Source of the DNA: Bacillota bacterium
GTDB lineage: Bacteria > Bacillota > SHA-98 > UBA4971
Assembly (NCBI GenBank): GCA_014360195.1
Contig: JACIXY010000001.1
Location: forward strand, 186,989-250,988
Reading direction: 5' to 3'
DNA: 64,000 nucleotides
Of this stretch, positions 61,806-64,000 are shown piece by piece. Numbering within the stretch: position 1 is the stretch's first letter; each line of letters opens with the position of its first letter. The notes beneath the pieces are model-generated. The model made no database searches, was not told where the DNA came from, and saw only the letters and a program-made list of their open reading frames with translations. The translations under genes were made by a program, and so were the position numbers.

Positions 61806-62618
61806 ATGTTTGTGGCGGGAATAGACGTGGGGTCAACAACCACGAAGGCTGTCCTCCTGAGTGACGGGAAGCTTGCGGGGACGCACGCGATGCCCACGGG
61901 GGTGGACCTTGCCGCCGCGGCTGACGAGTGCCTTCGTGTGATTTGCCGCGCGGCTGGTGTGGGCCCTGACAGGCTTGCGGCCCTCGTGGCGACCGGGTAT
62001 GGCAGGGACAGGGTGACCGGTGCCGCGAGGACGGTGACCGAGATCACGTGCCACGCCCGCGGCGCGCGGGCCCTCGTCCCGTCGGCGCGGGTGGTGGTAG
62101 ACGTTGGAGGCCAGGATTCGAAAGTCATCCGGCTGGACGATGACGGCATGGTCGCGGACTTCGTGATGAACGACAAGTGCGCGGCGGGCACCGGCAGGTT
62201 TCTCGAGGTGATGGCCGCGAGGCTGAACGTTCCGCTGGAGGAGTTCGGCATGAGGTGGCGAAGGGCGAAAGAGGCTGCGCGGATCTCCAGCACGTGCACG
62301 GTGTTTGCTGAGTCGGAGGTCATAAGCCTGCTCTCGCGTGGCGTGAGCCCCGAGCCCATAATCAGGGGCCTGTGCGATGCGGTGGCGGATAGACTCGCAG
62401 GGATGGTGCATCGAGTGGGCCTTGGCGGAGGGCTTGTGATGACGGGCGGGGTGAGCCGGAACGAGGGCGTCAGGAGGTCCCTCGAGGAGAAGCTGTTCGC
62501 GCCGGTGACCGTTCCGGAGGGATCCCAGTTTGCCGGGGCGTACGGGGCCGCCCTCATCGCTTTCGAGCTAGGTGAGGGTGCAGAGATGCTTCCGACTTTT
62601 GGGAGAGGTTGCCGGTGA
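61806..62618 (+). CDS. CoA-substrate-specific enzyme activase (HgdC/BadF/BcrAD-type [4Fe-4S] ATPase)
   Basis: IDVGSTTTKAVLL...DVGGQDSKVIRLDDDGMVADFVMNDKCAAGTGRFLEVMA (ASKHA fold with Cys ligands). The last ~16 codons (LGEGAEMLPTFGRGCR*) are encoded by a MITE-like repeat copy. Confidence 0.8.
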   Translation: MFVAGIDVGSTTTKAVLLSDGKLAGTHAMPTGVDLAAAADECLRVICRAAGVGPDRLAALVATGYGRDRVTGAARTVTEITCHARGARALVPSARVVVDVGGQDSKVIRLDDDGMVADFVMNDKCAAGTGRFLEVMAARLNVPLEEFGMRWRRAKEAARISSTCTVFAESEVISLLSRGVSPEPIIRGLCDAVADRLAGMVHRVGLGGGLVMTGGVSRNEGVRRSLEEKLFAPVTVPEGSQFAGAYGAALIAFELGEGAEMLPTFGRGCR

Positions 62619-62650
62619 CTCAAAGAGAGAGTGTGACACTGGAGGTGAGG
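62569..62650 (-). repeat. MITE-like element, short form, 3'-truncated/degenerate, overlapping the activase gene 3' end and supplying its stop codon
   Basis: CTAGGTGAGGGTGCAGAGATGCTTCCGACTTTTGGGAGAGGTTGCCGGTGACTCAAAGAGAGAGTGTGACACTGG. Confidence 0.75.
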
Positions 62651-62877
62651 TCGCAGCGGCTGGAACTCTCGCCCGCATGCCACCGTTGTACATGAGTGGT
62701 TTTCTTCCGACCGCCCGTCGCGGACGTAGACACACGCCGTGCCATCGCCTGTGACGGGCTTTTCGCCGGGTTATCCTGGATCGCGGCTGGTGCAGAGCGT
62801 CCCGAGCCCGCTCCCGATGCCGAGTGCCGCGACCATGAATCGGCGGCGGGCGAAGAGTACCCAAGTGGTCGGCTTGG

Positions 62878-63006
62878 GCTAAGTGACGGTGCAGAAATGT
62901 CCCCGATTTCTGAAAGGGGTTGCCGGTGACTCAAAGGGAGAGAGCAACATCGGCAACCCGGCAACCAGTGGAAAATGGACGAGAACTAACGCACCCTCAC
63001 TTAGCA
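62878..63006 (-). repeat. MITE-like element, short form, intact (both TIRs)
   Basis: CTAAGTGACGGTGCAGAAATGTCCCCGATTTCTGAAAGGGGTTGCCGGTGACTCAAAGGGAGAGAGCAACATCGGCAACCCGGCAACCAGTGG...AACTAACGCACCCTCACTTAGC. Confidence 0.85.
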
Positions 63007-63049
63007 CCACAGACATACAACTACAGTCGGAAAGGGGGAACGCGTTGCC

Positions 63050-64000
63050 GTGATCGAGGTGAAGAATCTCACTAAGATGTACGGCAGGGCAAGAGGCATA
63101 GAGGACCTCACCTTCTCCGTGGAGCAAGGCGAGATCCTCGGATTTCTCGGGCCGAACGGCGCCGGGAAGACCACGACGATGCGGATCATAACAGGATATC
63201 TGGCGGCGACCTCGGGCACCGTCAGGGTCGCGGGGTACGACGTGTTCGAGGACCCCATGGAGACGAGACGGAGGATCGGGTATCTCCCTGAGAACCCGCC
63301 CCTCTACCGTGAAATGACGGTCAGGGGCTACCTGCACTTCGTGTGCGAGATCAAGGGTATTCCGAAGTCCCGGCGTGCCGGGCACATCGCCCGGGTCGTG
63401 GAGGCGTGCGGCCTGGGCCCGGTCTACGGACGTCTCATCCAGAACATCTCGCGCGGGTTCAAGCAGAGGGTGGGGCTTGCCCAGGCGCTCCTCGGAGATC
63501 CGGACGTCCTCATACTGGACGAGCCCACAGTTGGGCTTGACCCGAGGCAGATCATCGAGATCCGGGAACTCATCCGCAGCCTCGGCGGCAGGCACACGAT
63601 AATACTTAGCTCGCACATCCTGCCCGAGGTGAGCATGGTGTGCGGCAGGGTTGTCATCATCAACAACGGCCGCCTCGTCGCCATGGACACCCCGGAGGGC
63701 CTCGGGCGCAGGCTGCGCGGGTCGCGATGCCTTGCTGTGCGCGTGCGCGGCCCGAGGGACAGGGTCGTGGCGGAGGTAGGCGCGCTTGCCGGCGTGAGGT
63801 CGGTCTCGGTCGAGGGGGCCGAGGCAGGAAGGAGCGCTGACACATCGCACGGGGCGGACGGCGAGGTGCTTCTGTCGGTTGAGACGGAGCTTTCGGCGGA
63901 TGTGCGTGAGGCCCTCTTCTTCAAGATGGCCGAGCGCGGATGGCCCATCCTGGAGATGAGGTTCGTCGACCTCAGCCTGGAGGACGTATTCCTCAGGCTC
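63050..64000 (+). CDS. ABC transporter ATP-binding protein (ABC-2/NatA-like), 3'-partial at window end
   Basis: VIEVKNLTKMYGRARGIEDLTFSVEQGEILGFLGPNGAGKTTTMRIITG (Walker A), signature ISRGFKQRVGLAQAL, Walker B ILILDEPTVGLD. The reading frame runs open to the last base of the window. Confidence 0.85.
   Translation, partial: MIEVKNLTKMYGRARGIEDLTFSVEQGEILGFLGPNGAGKTTTMRIITGYLAATSGTVRVAGYDVFEDPMETRRRIGYLPENPPLYREMTVRGYLHFVCEIKGIPKSRRAGHIARVVEACGLGPVYGRLIQNISRGFKQRVGLAQALLGDPDVLILDEPTVGLDPRQIIEIRELIRSLGGRHTIILSSHILPEVSMVCGRVVIINNGRLVAMDTPEGLGRRLRGSRCLAVRVRGPRDRVVAEVGALAGVRSVSVEGAEAGRSADTSHGADGEVLLSVETELSADVREALFFKMAERGWPILEMRFVDLSLEDVFLRL

Noticed and set aside
62879-63850. 323-aa ORF on the minus strand
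   Set aside because: It lies opposite a clear plus-strand ABC ATPase gene (Walker A, signature and Walker B motifs all present). It is a typical high-GC antisense shadow ORF with Arg/Pro/Ala-rich low-complexity translation.

Overview
High-GC (~65-68%) chromosomal segment of a Firmicutes-like, apparently endospore-forming bacterium. Sporulation genes present: yunB, bofC-like, spoIIM-like, spoIID; there is also a CIRCE-controlled groESL and a T-box leader (inference: Symbiobacterium/Thermaerobacter/Limnochordia-type lineage). The content is mostly housekeeping: tyrS, groES-groEL, yebC, prsW, recO, glyQS, ppdK, dnaG-sigA, tRNA-Asn/tRNA-Met, a Zn-ribbon/RNase HI/RNase P RNA cluster, nikR, leucine dehydrogenase, an Opp/Dpp-type ABC transporter, cysE/cysK, copA, and an archaeal-type leuA-like/leuCD/leuB operon. 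More accessory-like content: a LexA-box-controlled imuB-like/dnaE2 mutagenesis cassette, an RPH-like PEP-utilising phosphotransferase, and a 2-hydroxyacyl-CoA dehydratase (HgdAB-like) plus activase cluster carrying a large low-complexity insertion. The most striking feature is a dense family of at least 11 full or partial copies of a previously unannotatable MITE-like element. It has terminal inverted repeats TAAGTGAGGGTGCG...CGCACCCTCACTTA and occurs as a ~200-bp long form and a ~130-bp short form. Copies sit tightly against gene ends. One copy is inserted in-frame inside dnaE2. One supplies the C-terminal codons of the activase gene.
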